A stretch of 64,000 nt of DNA from the human T2T-CHM13v2.0 reference genome, Homo sapiens, in NCBI RefSeq assembly GCF_009914755.1, contig NC_060948.1; one strand, given 5' to 3'. Position numbers and translations under genes: made by a program. Each line of letters begins with the position of its first letter. Positions within the stretch are counted from its first letter, which is position 1. Under the pieces are notes generated by a model. That model was not told where the DNA came from. It made no database searches and was given only the letters and a program-made list of their open reading frames with translations. Shown here piece by piece: positions 26,301 to 40,070 of the stretch.

Positions 26301-29300
26301 TGGATTCCCATGAGGGTTGTTCTTTGTCAACTGGGAAATATCTAGTGTGGAAGTCATTAAGCCAGACCCAGGAAACCCTAGGCCAATGAGGAACACGGAA
26401 TTCAAAAAAGAAGAGGCAAGTGAGGAGGCCACAGCCCACCCAACATCAATCAATTCCACTCCCTTTTGGATACAGGAATGAAAGAACTCAAATAGGGAGT
26501 AGACCAGGATGGCCCCAATTTGCACTGCAAATTTTTTTTGCACATCAGAGTACTTCAACCTGAACGCTGAGCCACAGTGTGGACTGCTTGTTCAATTCAG
26601 GGAAGGCAGGTATGGAGTTGGAAGCACCTTCTGTGGCATCTGTCTTCATTTTATCTTCAGGTGGAGTTGCAGGACAAGTCCACCCCTCACAAGATTTTAT
26701 GCTAACCCTTATCTGACATTATTGCTGCTCACACTTTATGTTTCAGCATAAAATCCCAAGACGATGGAGAAGTGCACTCTCATGACATAAAACACCTGCT
26801 CAGCTGGGAACCGAACTGGTGTTCAATTCAAGGGCACCTCTGGACAGGACTGCAAGTATCCATAGTTTGGCCTCAGCACAATGAAAAATTGGGAGATGCC
26901 TGTTTTTTGGTGTGGTGTGCTCCTCTTCTTTCTGGAAGAGTGAATTTTTTTTTTTTGCAGGCAGAGATAGTATGGACACCACCACATCTTGCAAGCCTTC
27001 CAATTCACTGCAGATACATAATCCACAGAAAAAAAAAAAAGCATGGAGCCCCGCAGTCCAAGCAGAGCCACACAGACAAGTCACTGAAAAACTGGGAGAC
27101 TCATAAAAAAGAAGGGCTCAAGTGCATTAGCCTCATTTCTTTAAGCACACTCCACTTACAGGCACACACACACACAAACACACCATGTCACACACACACA
27201 AAGACATTTAACAGTTGCAACATTCCCACAGAAAGAAACAGCCCAGCAGCTCTTGAGGTTGCATGGTTTTTCAGAAAGCCACACCTGTGAGAGAGCAACC
27301 CTGGGGAACATAGGCAGGCTATACCTAGAAATCACAAAGGGGCAGCTTTCAAAAAGACACCCCACAATGTATAGGCAGGCCTGACAAATCCTGAAGATAG
27401 TTTTGTATCCTTAGGGATTCCATGGTTTATTTTTGGTGCTGGGCTTCGTGCTTCTTCAGACTGCCTCACTTCTGTTCTCTTCTAGCATCATGGGAGTATC
27501 ACATGAATTCCAGAGAAGATAGGCAAAAGTCCTTCCCTGATGCACCTCCATGGAAGACTCCCTCTCTGCCAAGACACAGGTACTTGTCACAAGGCAACTG
27601 TGACATTCATTGTGATGCTAGCCAAATCTCACAATGATTCCTGCTACTCTGAGACTAGCCCATGCACATTCATGTGGCAGGCTCAGGCACTGGGCTGTCA
27701 AAGCTGTCAGCCTGCCTAAGCAGAGAAAAACGCTACAGGCAGAGCCAGCCTGGTATCGGGAAAAAGGCTACCTGCCAAAACCCACTGCAGGACCTTGACT
27801 GTATCAACCTCAACACCCCTTTGGGCCATCTCCGTGGTCAGGTCCCATTGGAGGAGGAGGTGTTTCAAGACTGTGAGGTGGTCACTGCAAACTTCTCTTC
27901 TGATTCCATTCCTGAAAGAGGCTCTGTGCAAGAATTGAAACCCAAAGAGATTGGAATATAGTCTGATGTGTTGTTGACTGTTCTTTGAATGATAGAATCA
28001 TACCTGAGACCCCAGAGGTCAGTGTCATTGAAAGACAGATGAGATCTTGACCTCACTGTCTCCCTTAATCCTAGGCATCACAGGGCCTCTCTGGGAAAGG
28101 CAGGAACCACGACAAAGTCAACTCTAAGGTGAGGTTGACACCGGGTCTCAGGGGCTCTGTGTGGTGATGGTAAGCCTGAAAATGGTGTCCTGCATTGCTG
28201 CTGAGGGGCACTGTTTATTCCCCATGAAAGCAGAGAAAAATCAATGCCTGCCTGAGAGAAAGAGTAGCCTTGTGTTGGAGTCCAAGCAATGTTTAATGAT
28301 TCCTCTCAGAAGAACCAAAACCCTCCCGCAAAGTGCAAACAACCTAAGCCCCAGAAACGAGACAACGACTCATAACATGAAGTGCAGTTAGCCTACATGG
28401 CCATAGTCCCTTTTGCTCTCTGAAATCACTGGCAGCTACATAATGTGTAGCAAGAGGAAGTCTCATCCAGCAACAGTTCAATGAAAAAACCTCTCCAAAA
28501 TGAGAAGGCTGTACAGATGAAACGAAACAGAGTATAGATTACCAGGTAAAAGCGTGACATGGCAGTCTACTTCTCATCCTACAGGAATCCCTCTGATAGA
28601 TGTGAGAGAACAAGTGTTTTGTTTTTGTTTTGAGTACTCTCACTTGAACACTGAGCCATGGTGTGGACTGCTTGTTCGATTAAGGGAATGCAGGGATGGA
28701 TTTAGAAGCACCAACTGTGACATCTGTGTTATTTATTTTATTTTATTTTTTGCAGGTGAAATTGTGGGACCCCATCCATGCCTCACCAGAGTGTATCACC
28801 ACCCCATCTGACCCTATTCCTGCTCATACTCTATGTCCCAGGACGAAATCCCAAAATGATGGAGGAGTGCCTCCTCATGACATGAAGCACCTGCTCGGCT
28901 GGGATCCGAATTTGAGGTAAATTCGAGGGGCCATGTTTACAGGACTGCTTGTGTTGGGCCACCCTGTGTTGGCCACAAAACTGTGAAACACTGGAAGATG
29001 TCTGTTTTTTGGTGTGGTGTTCTCCACTTCTCTGAAGAACGGTGGCTTCTTTTTGCAGAGGGAGTTGATTTGGACACCAGCGATTCCAGGTCCATCTCTC
29101 AATTCACTGCAGATTCATGATCCACATAAAAATAAAGAACATGGAGACCTGAAGCCTAAGCAGAGCCACATAGGCAGGCCACCAAAAGATGGGGAGACAG
29201 AAGAAAAAAAAGCACTGAAGTGCATTAGCTGCATTCCTTTAAGGAGACTCCACTTAAAGGCACACACACACATGCACACAAAAGGACATAAACACACAAT

Positions 29301-32300
29301 GCCTCACACACACGCACATATCCAAAATTCACAATGCTGCCACAGAAACACATGGCCCAGCAGCTCCTGATCCTGTATGGTTCTGCAGGATGCCACACCA
29401 GGGAGAGAGCAACCCTAGGGACACAGGTGGGCTGTACCTAGAAACCATAGTAGGGCAAGTTTCAAAAAGTCTCACACCTACAATGTCTAGACAGGCCTAA
29501 GGAATCCTGCAGACCTTGGATGCTTAGGAATTTTGCAGTTTATTCCTGGGGCTCTGCTTGACATTTCTTCAAGCTGGCTCATGTCTGCTCTTTTCCATGA
29601 CAAGGGGACAATCCTGTGGATCCCATAGAGAAGACAGGTGAGAATCCATAGCTGATGCACCCTCACAGAGGTCTCTATCTCCACCAAGCTGCAGGAACTT
29701 GTCGCTAGGCAATGGTGAGATTCATTGTGAGGGTACCCAAAGCTCACAATCAGGATAGGTGCCCTGAGGCTAACACATGTGCATTCATGAGGTGGACTAG
29801 GGCCCTTGGCTGTCAGAGCTGTCAGCCTTCCCAAACAGAGGAAAATGGTACAGGCAGAGCTGGCCAAGTATCACAAAACAGGCTGTCTGTGAAAAACCAC
29901 TGCAGGACACTAAAAGTCTAGACCTCAGAGACTCTTCCAGCCTTCTCCACTTCTCCATGGTCAGGTCCTGCTGGAGAAGGAGGCATTTGGAGACTGTGAG
30001 GTGGTTGCTGGAAACTGCTCTTGTGACTCCAGTCCCAAAAGAGGCTGTGTGCAAGTATCAGGTTCCATGTTGATTGGAGTATATTCTGGTGTCTTGTAGA
30101 GGGTTCTTTGGGTCATAGAATCATACGTGAGTCACAGGGATGAAATTCAGGGGGACTTACAGACAGGACTGCTAGTGTCTCCCCCTGGTTTGGCCACAGG
30201 ACAATGAAACACTGAGAGATGTCTGTTTTTTTTTTGGTGTAGAGTCCTCCTGTTCTTTCTAGAAGAGTGGCTTTTTTTTTTTTGGCAGAAGGAGGTGATT
30301 TAAACAATGGCAGGTCTTGGGCCACCTCCCAATTTACAGAGGATTCATGATCCACAGAAAAACTAACAAACAAGGAGCCCTGCAGCCCAAGCACAGCCAC
30401 ACAGACAGGCCACCTAAAAGTTTGGTGACTCAAAGAAAGAAGCAATGAAGTGCATTAGCTACATTCATTTAAGCAGAATCCACTTACAGGGACACACATA
30501 CACATACACAAACACACAATGCCACACACACACACACACACTCAGACATCCAACACCTGCAACACTCTCACAGAAACACAGACCTGCAACTCCTGAGGCT
30601 GCCTGGTTCTGCAGGAAGCCCCACTGAAGAGAGAGCCACCCCTGGGAACACAGGTAGGCTGTACCTGGAAATCAGACCGGGGCAAGTTTCAAAAAGACTC
30701 ACATCTACAACCTTTAGGCAGGCCAGAGGAATCTTGCAGATTTTTTGTATCCTTAACAATTTCACAATTTATTCCTGGGGTTGTGCCTGACATTTCTTCA
30801 GGCAAGCTCATGTCTGACCTCTCTTGGGATCATGGAACTATCCCATCTATCCCAAAGAGAAGATAGATGTGAGTCCACAGCCTATGCAACTCAACGGAGG
30901 TCTTCTTATCCTTCAAGCTGCAGGGACTTGGCGCTAGGCAACAATGACATTCATTCTGGTACTACCCAGGGCCCACAATCAGGCCTGGTGCTGTGAGACT
31001 AGTGCATGTACATTCTTGAGGCAGGTTCTGGTGCCAGGCTGTCAGAGCTGTCAGCCTGCCTAATCAGTTGGAAATAGTACAGGCAGAGCCACCCTGTTAT
31101 CAAGAAAAAGGGGGCCCGCAAAAACCCACTGTGGGACACTAAATGTCTCAACCCCAAGACCACTTCAGGCCGTTTCCATGGTTGGATCTCTCTGACGGAG
31201 AAAACGTTTTGAGACTCTGAGGTGGTCACTGGAAACTGTTTTTCTGACTTCATTCCCAAAAGAAGCTGTGTGCAAGAATCAGATACCATGAGGATTGGAA
31301 TACAGTATGGTGTGTAGTTGAGGGTTCTTAGGGTGATAGAATCATACCTGAGACCATAGATGCAGATGTCAGTGAAGGATGGCCGGACTCTTGACCTCAC
31401 TGTCTCCCTTTATCCTTGGCCTCACAGAGGCTCTCTGGGAAAGGCAGGAACCAAGATGAAGGAAAGTCCAAGGTGAAACAGTGTTCTCACACCTCGTATT
31501 GTCCTGTAACAAGTGCAGATGATGTTTAGACGGTTCTCAGATGCCATCTGTAGAGATGGCAAGCCTGAAAATGGTGTCCATTAGTTCTGTTGAGGAGAAC
31601 TGTGGATTCCTTGTGAAAGAAAAGAAAAATCAACACTCACCCAAAAGAACAAGATGCCTTGTCCTGGAGTCCAAGAAATGTTCAATTATTCCTTTCAGAA
31701 GACCCAAAAGCCTTCTGCAAAGTGCAAACAACCTCAGCCCCCACATTGAGACAATGACCCACAACCTGGAGCACAGACAGCCTAATGGAAGTCCCTTTTG
31801 CTCTCTGGAATCCCTGGCAGCTACATAATCTGTGGTGAGAGGCAGTACCACCAAGCAACAGTTTAATGAAATTGCCCTTCAAAATTGAGAAGGCCATGCA
31901 GATGAAATGAAACAGAGTCTAGATTACCAGGTAAAAGTCTAACACAACTGCCTGCTTCTCATCCTACAGGATTCATGCAGCCCTTCGATAGAAAAGAGAT
32001 AACAAGTTTGCTTTTGGCTGATGTGACAGGGATATATGGATTTAAAAGTATCTTATTTTCCCAGTCATTAAAACATGACAGTGTTTAGAAGGAATTATGC
32101 AATGGATTTCCATGAGGGTCATTATCTGTGAACTGGGAAATGTTTAGTGTAGAAGTCGTTAAGCCAGAACTAGGAAACCCTAGGGCCATGAGAATCATGA
32201 AAGGCCTGAAAAGAAGAGGCAAGACTGGAAACACCATCCCACCCAGCATCAATCCATCCCACTCCCATTTGGCTCTGAGTATGAAAGGTCTCAAATCGGA

Positions 32301-32751
32301 AGTTTGCCAGGATGGCCCCAATTTGCACTTCAAATGTTACTTGAGCGTTGGAGTACTGCTACCTGAAAGCCGAGCCATGATGTGGACTGCTTCTGCAATT
32401 CAGGGAATGCAGGGATAGAGTTGGAAGCACCTTCTGTATTATCAGTGTTTTTTATTATTATTATTATTTGCAGGTGAAGTTGAGAGACCCCTTCCACCTC
32501 ACACCAGATTGTATCCTCATGTCTATCTAACCTTACTACTCATCACACTCTATGTCCCCAGATAAAATTCCAAGATGACGGAGGACTGCCACCTCATGAC
32601 GTGAAACACCTGCTCCTCTGGGAACCAAATTTTAGGTAAATTCAAGGTGCACTGCCCACAGGACTGCTTGTGCCTCTCCCTGTGTTGACCATAGGGATAT
32701 GAAACACAGGGTGATGCCTGCTTTTTTGATGTGGTGTGCTCCTCTTATTTC

Positions 32752-33786
<1,035 letters not shown>

Positions 33787-33789
<3 letters not shown>

Positions 33790-36700
33790 CCCCTTATTTG
33801 TAAAACAGTGACTTTTTTTGCAGAGGTGGTTGATTTGGATGCCGGCGGTTCCCAGCCCACCTCCAAATTCACTGGGGATTTATTATACACATAAAAATAA
33901 AGAACATGGAGCCTTGCCATCCATGCAGAGCCACATAGACCACCAAAAGGTGGAGAGACACAATAAAAAGAAGCACTGGAGTGCGTTAGCCACATTCCTT
34001 TAAGCAGACTCCACTTACAGGAACACACACACACACAAAGACAGAAACACACAATACCTCACACATCAAACATTCACAACATTCTCACAGAAACACTTCA
34101 CCTGGCGTCTCCTGACACTGTGTGGTTCTGCAGGAAGACCCACCTGGGAAAGAACAACCCTGAGAAACACAGGCAGGCAGTCCCTAGAAATCACAGTAGG
34201 ACAATTTTCAAAAAGACTTACTCCTACAACGTCTAGTGAGGCCTGAGGAATCCTGCAGATTTTCTTGGATCCATAGGGATTTTGCATTTTATTCCTAGGG
34301 TTCTGCTTGATGTTTCTTCATGCTGGCTCATGTCTGGCCTTTCCTAGGACAATGAAATAATCCAGTGGATCCCACCTAGAAGACAGGTGAGAGTCCACTG
34401 CTGACCCATCTCCACGGAGGTCTCTATGTCTGCAAAGCCACAGGGACTTTTTGCTAGGCAATGATGACATTCATTGTGACACTAGTGAGAGCTCATCATC
34501 AGGCCAGGTGCTCTGAGACTAGCACATGCACATTTGTGAGGCAGGCTATGGCCCCTGGCTGTCATATTGGTCAGCCTGCCTAAGCAGAGGAAATTGGCAC
34601 AGTCAGATCTGGCCGAATGTCGCGAAATAGGCTGCCTATGAAAACCCACTGTGGGACACTAAAATCTAGACCTCAGGTCCCCTTCAGATCATCTCCATGA
34701 TCAGGCCCCTATGGAGGAGGAGATGTTTTGAGGCTATGAGTTTGTCACTAGAAACTGCTTTTCTGACTCCATTCCAGAAAGAGGCTGTGTGCAAGAATCG
34801 GGTCCCTTGTGGATTGAAATACAGTTTGTTGTATTGTAGAGGGTTCTTTGGGTGATAGAATCATACCTGAGACCCCAGAGGTGGGTTTCAGCAAATGATG
34901 GCTGGGCTCTTGACCTCAATGCCTTCCTTGATCCTGGACTTCACAGGGGCTATCTGAAAAAAGCAGAAACCAAGACAAATGCAAGTCCAATGTGGAGCAG
35001 TGATCTCACAAGTTAAACTGGCCTTTTACAGATGCAAATGAGCGTGAGTGTCTCAGAGTCCATTTGTGACCGTGGCAAGCCTGAAAAGCATGTCCAATAG
35101 TACTGTTGAGGAGTACTGTGGATTCCCCATGAAAGCAAACAAAACTCAAGACTCACCTGACAGAATGAGGTACGTTTTTCTGTAGTCCAAGCAATGTTCA
35201 ATGATTACTGTTACAGGACCCAAAATTATCTTGCAAAGTTAAAACCACCACAGCCCCTACAAGGAGAAAATGACCCATAACCTGGAATGCAGCCAGCCTA
35301 CACAGAGTCTCTTTTGCTTTCTGAAATTCCTGACAGCTAAATAATCTGTTGCTGGAGGCAGTCCTATCGAGCAACATCTCAATGAAAGAGCTCCTCCACA
35401 ATGAGATGGCCATGCAGATGCAGTGATACAGAGGCTAGATTACCAGAAAAAAAGTGAGACATGGCTGCCTTCTTCTCATCCTCCAAGAATCATGCAGCCC
35501 TTCAATAGAAATGGGAGACAAAGTTTCATTGTTTGTGGGTCTAATGGGTATTAACAGTTTTAAAAGTAACAAAACTGCCCAGTCATTAAAATATGACAGT
35601 GTTTACAAGGAAACACTCAGGCAATGGATTCCCTTGAGGGTCGTTCCACATTAACTGGATAACATTTATTGTGGAAGTCATTGAGCCAGAACCAGAAAAC
35701 CCTAGGATGATAAGAATCATGAAAATCAGGAAAAGAAGAGGCAAGTCTGTAGGCCACATCCCGCCAAGCCTCAATCCCTTCAACTCCCATTTGGCTATGG
35801 GTATGAAAGCCCTCAAATCGGGAGTTTGCCAGGATGGCCCCAGTTTGCACTCCTAATATCCACAGCATGTTGGAGCACTCTCACCTGGACCCCTGGCCAT
35901 GGTGTGGACTGCTTCTGCAATTAAGGATTTACCGGGATGGAATTGAAAGCACCTTCTGTGTTACCTGTCTTCATTTGTTTTGCAGGTGAAGTTTGGGATT
36001 CCATCCACCCCTCACCAGATTTTATCCTCACCCTTATCTGAACTTATTCCTTCTCACACTCTATGTCCCAGGATTAAATCTCAAGATGATGAAGGAATAC
36101 CCCCTCATGACATGAAGCACCTGCTCATCTGGGAAGCTAATTCAATGTAAATTCAAGGGGACCTAAGAACAGGACTGCTAGTGTCTCCATGGTTAGGCTG
36201 CAGGACAATGAAACACTAGATGTCATTTTTTTTTTTGGTGTGGTGTGCTTCTCTTCTTTCTAGAAGAATGGCTTTCTTTTTTTTTCTCTCCTTTTTTTTT
36301 TTCTTTTTTTGCAGAGGGACATGATTTAAACTATGGCAGGTATCAGCCCACCTCCCAATTCACTGTGGATTCATGATCCACAGAAAAATAGAAAACCTGG
36401 ACCCCGCAGTCCAAGCAAAGCCACACAGACAGGGCACATAAAGGTTTGGTGACTCAAAAAAAAGAAGCAATGAAGTGCATTATCCACAGTCATTTAAGCA
36501 GACTCCACTTACAGGCACACACACATACACACACACACAAAACCACACAATGTCTCACACACACACACACAGACATCCAACATTTACAACACTCCCACAG
36601 AAACACACAGCGTGGGAACTCCTAAGGCTGCCTGGTACTGCAGGACATTTGAGTGTGGGAGAGAGCCCCTCTCCCCGCCCCGCCCTGGGGAACACAGGCG

Positions 36701-39586
36701 TGATGTACCTATAAATCACAGTGGGGCAAGTTTCAAAATGACTCACAACTACAATGCCTAGGCAGGCTTGAAGAATCCTACAGATTTCTTTGCATCCTTT
36801 GGGATTTCAGAATTTATTTCTGGAATTGTGCTTGATGTTTCTACAGACTCTCACATCTGCCCTCTCTTGGGATCATGGGACTGTCCTGTCTGTCTTACAG
36901 AGAAGACAAGTGGGAGTCCATGGGCAACAAAACTGTATAGAGGTGCCCTTCTTCTCCAATTCACAGGGACTTGGCATTAGGCAACAATGACATTAATTGT
37001 CACTCTACTGAAAGGTCACAGTCAGGCCTGGTGCTGTGAGACTAGCGCATGCACATTTGTGAGGCAGGCTCCGCCATCAGTCAGTCTGAGCTGTCAGCCT
37101 GCCTATGCAGTAAAAAATGGTACAGGCAGGGCAAGCCTGGTATCAAGAAAAAGGCAGCCTGGAAAAACCCAGAGCAGGACACTAAAATTCTCAAACTCAG
37201 GGCGCCTTTAGACAGTTTTTGTGGTTGGGTCTTGCTGGAGGAGGAAGGGTTTTGAGACTCTGAGGTGGTCACAGCAAACTGTTCTTCTGACTTCATTCCC
37301 AAAAGATGTTCTTTGCGACAGTCTGGTACCATAGGGATTGCAATATAGTATGGTGTGTTAAGGGTTCTTTGTTGATAGAATCATACCTAAGACCCTAAGG
37401 GCAGAGGTCAGTGAAAGATGGCTGGGTTCTTGACCTCACAGCTTCCCTTAATGCTGTGCCTCACAGAGGCTTTCTGGGAAATACAGGAAGCAACACAAAG
37501 GCAAATCCAATATGAAGCAATGGTCTCACATCCGTATTGTCACCTCTTGGGTGCAGATAAGGTTTAGACAGTGTCTCAGACACCATCTGCAGTCATGGCA
37601 AGCCTGAAAAGGGTGTCCAAAAAAAAGTCTCACCTGAGAGAACAAGCTTCCTTGTGCTGGAATCCAAGCAATGTTCAATGATTCCTGTCAGGAGACCCAA
37701 AACACCCTACAAAGTGCAAACAACCTCAGCCCCCACAATGAGACAACGACCCACAATGTGGAGTGCAGGCAGCCTATTGAAAGTCATTTTGCTGTCTGAA
37801 ATCACTGGCAGATTCATAATCTGTGGTGAAAGGCAGTTCCATCCAGCAACAGTTCAATGAAAGTGCCCGTCCAAAATAAGAAAGTTGTGCAGATGATGAA
37901 ACAGACTCTAGATTACCAGGAAAAACTTGACACACAAGCCTGCTTCTCATCCTACAGGAGTCATGGGCCCCTCCAATAGATGTGAGAGAACAAGTTTTCT
38001 TTTGGCAGCTGTAACATCAATATATATTTTTAAAAGTATCAAATCTTCCCAGTCCTTAGTACATGACGCTGTTTAGAAGGAAACATTCACACAATGGATT
38101 CCCATGAGAGTCATTCTCCATGAACTGGGAAACATTTAGTGTGGTAGTCACTAGGCCAGACCCAGGAAACCCTAAAACAATGAGAATCATGGAAGTCATG
38201 AAACAAAGAGGCATGTCTGGAAGCCCCATCCAACCAGCATCAATCCATTCCACCCACATTTGACTTTGGGTATTAAAGCCCACAAATCGGCAGTTTGCCA
38301 GGATGGTCCCAATTTGCACTCCAAATGTTCCTTGCACATTGGAATACTCATACCTGAACACTGAGCCATTGTCTGGACTGCTTTTGCAATTAAGGTAAAG
38401 CAGGCATGGAGTTGGAAGAAACTTCTTTGTCATCTGTCTTTATTCTTTTTTTGCAGGTAAAGTTGTGGGACCCCATCCACTTTTCACCACATTGTATTCT
38501 CACCCCATCTGACTTTATTGCTGCTCACACTCTATATCCCAGGATAAAATCACAAGACAATGGAGGTGTGCCTCCTTAGGACTTGAAGCACCTGCTCAAT
38601 TCAGAACAGAATTTGAGGTAAAATTAAGGGGCCCTGCCGACAGAACTGCTAGTGTCTTTTCCTGTGTTGGCCATAGGAATATGAAACACAGGGAGATGTC
38701 TATCTTTTGGTGTGGTGTGCTTTTCTTTTTTTCTAGAACAGTGGCTTTTCTTGCAGAGGGAGTTGTTTTGGACACCAGCAGTTCCCTGCCCACATACCAA
38801 TTCACTGTGGATTTTGGATCCACATAATAATAAAGAACACGGTGCCCCACTGCCCAAGCAGAAACACACAGACAGGTGACCATAAGGTGGGGAGACTTAA
38901 AAAAAAGCGCTGAAGTGCATTAGCCACATTTCTTTAAGATAACTCCACTTACATTCATACACACATAGACAGCCAGAAACACACCATGCCTCACATGCAC
39001 ACATATCCGATATTCCCAACACTTTCACAGAAACACACAACCCAGCAGTGCCTGACACTATGTCGTTCTTCAGGAAGCCTTACCTGGGAGACAGCAACCT
39101 TGAAAAACCCTGGTGGGCTGTACCAAGAAGTCACAGCAGAACAAGTTTCAAAAAGACTCACCCCTACAATGTCTAGGCCAGCCTGAGGAATCCTGCAGGT
39201 CATCTTGGAAACTTAGGGATTTTGCAATTTATTCCTGGGGCTCTGTTTGATGTTTCTTGAGGTTGGCTCAAGTCTGCCCTCTCCTAGGATCATGGAACAA
39301 TCCCACAGAGGAGACAGTTGAGTCAACTGCTGATGCACCTCCTCAGAGGTCTCCTTCTCAACCAAGCTGCAGGGACTTTTCTCTAGGCAATGATAACATT
39401 CATTGTGATGGTAGCCAACTCTCACAATCAGGCCTGGTCCCCTCAAACTAGTGCATGCATATCTGTAGGCAACATCTTGTTCCAGGCTGTCAGAGCTGTC
39501 AGCCTGCCTAAGCAGAGGGAAATTGTACAGACAGAGCCATCCTGGTATTATGAAAAAGCTGCCTATGAACACCCACTGTGGGACCC
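33787..39586 (+). repeat. Macrosatellite segment 2 (about 2.4 units)
   Basis: Landmarks at ~34570, 37093, 39498 (spacings 2523, 2405). Confidence 0.93.
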
Positions 39587-39599
39587 TTTGATCCCAATA

Positions 39600-40070
39600 T
39601 ACTCCCTTTGATCCCAATAGCCCTCAATATCAGCACATGATTAACATGGCTTTAGTTACTTAAAGTATAGAAGACATTAGAAGACAATGGCAGAAACAGA
39701 CTGGGTTTGCAGGCATGAATAATTCACAGTATTGGAGATAGCCCACCAGAAGTTTGTAAATAGAGATGCAGTAAGCTGCAGAGGGAACCTCAGAGAGAGT
39801 GAATGCCGAGCCTGGTGAAACGTTGACCTTCTAGCTGCGGCTATTAGAGGGGCCCCCCCAAAGTGGTGAGAGAAGGGGGGCCCTAGGAAAAATACCCAGT
39901 CTGGTCATCCATGCTTGCTGTGTAACCAGTGTCCTTGCTGTAAGGAAATAGGGCATTGGAAGGACAAGTGCCCCAGATTGAAAGGGAAATAAGGTGACTC
40001 TGAGCAGGAGTCCTCAGACAAAGATGAAGGGGACTTATTCAATCTAGCAGAAGTGTTATTGGACTGTGGG
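39600..40070 (+). pseudogene. ERV gag 3' remnant (CA C-terminus and NC)
   Basis: 39930-39971 encodes CPCCKEIGHWKDKC (C-X2-C-X4-H-X4-C); surrounding frames are broken. Confidence 0.85.

Larger units (their letters stand above)
9541..32750 (+). repeat. Tandem ~2.45-2.5 kb macrosatellite (Y NORF/TTTY array; probably SST1 family), segment 1, about 10 units
   Basis: Landmark gtcagcctgcctaagcagaggaaaa at ~11350, 13812, 17841, 20288, 22791, 25242, 27706, 29821, 31050; intact spacings 2462, 2447, 2503, 2451, 2464. GAGCTC at 11269, 17760, 20207, 22710, 25162. One (CA)n module per unit. Family name is from recall of the 2.48 kb NORF unit. Confidence 0.93.

Noticed and set aside
36664-36690. GC-box-like ccccgccccgccc as a promoter
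   Set aside because: It is a local expansion of a C-run in one unit, with no CpG island or other promoter support.
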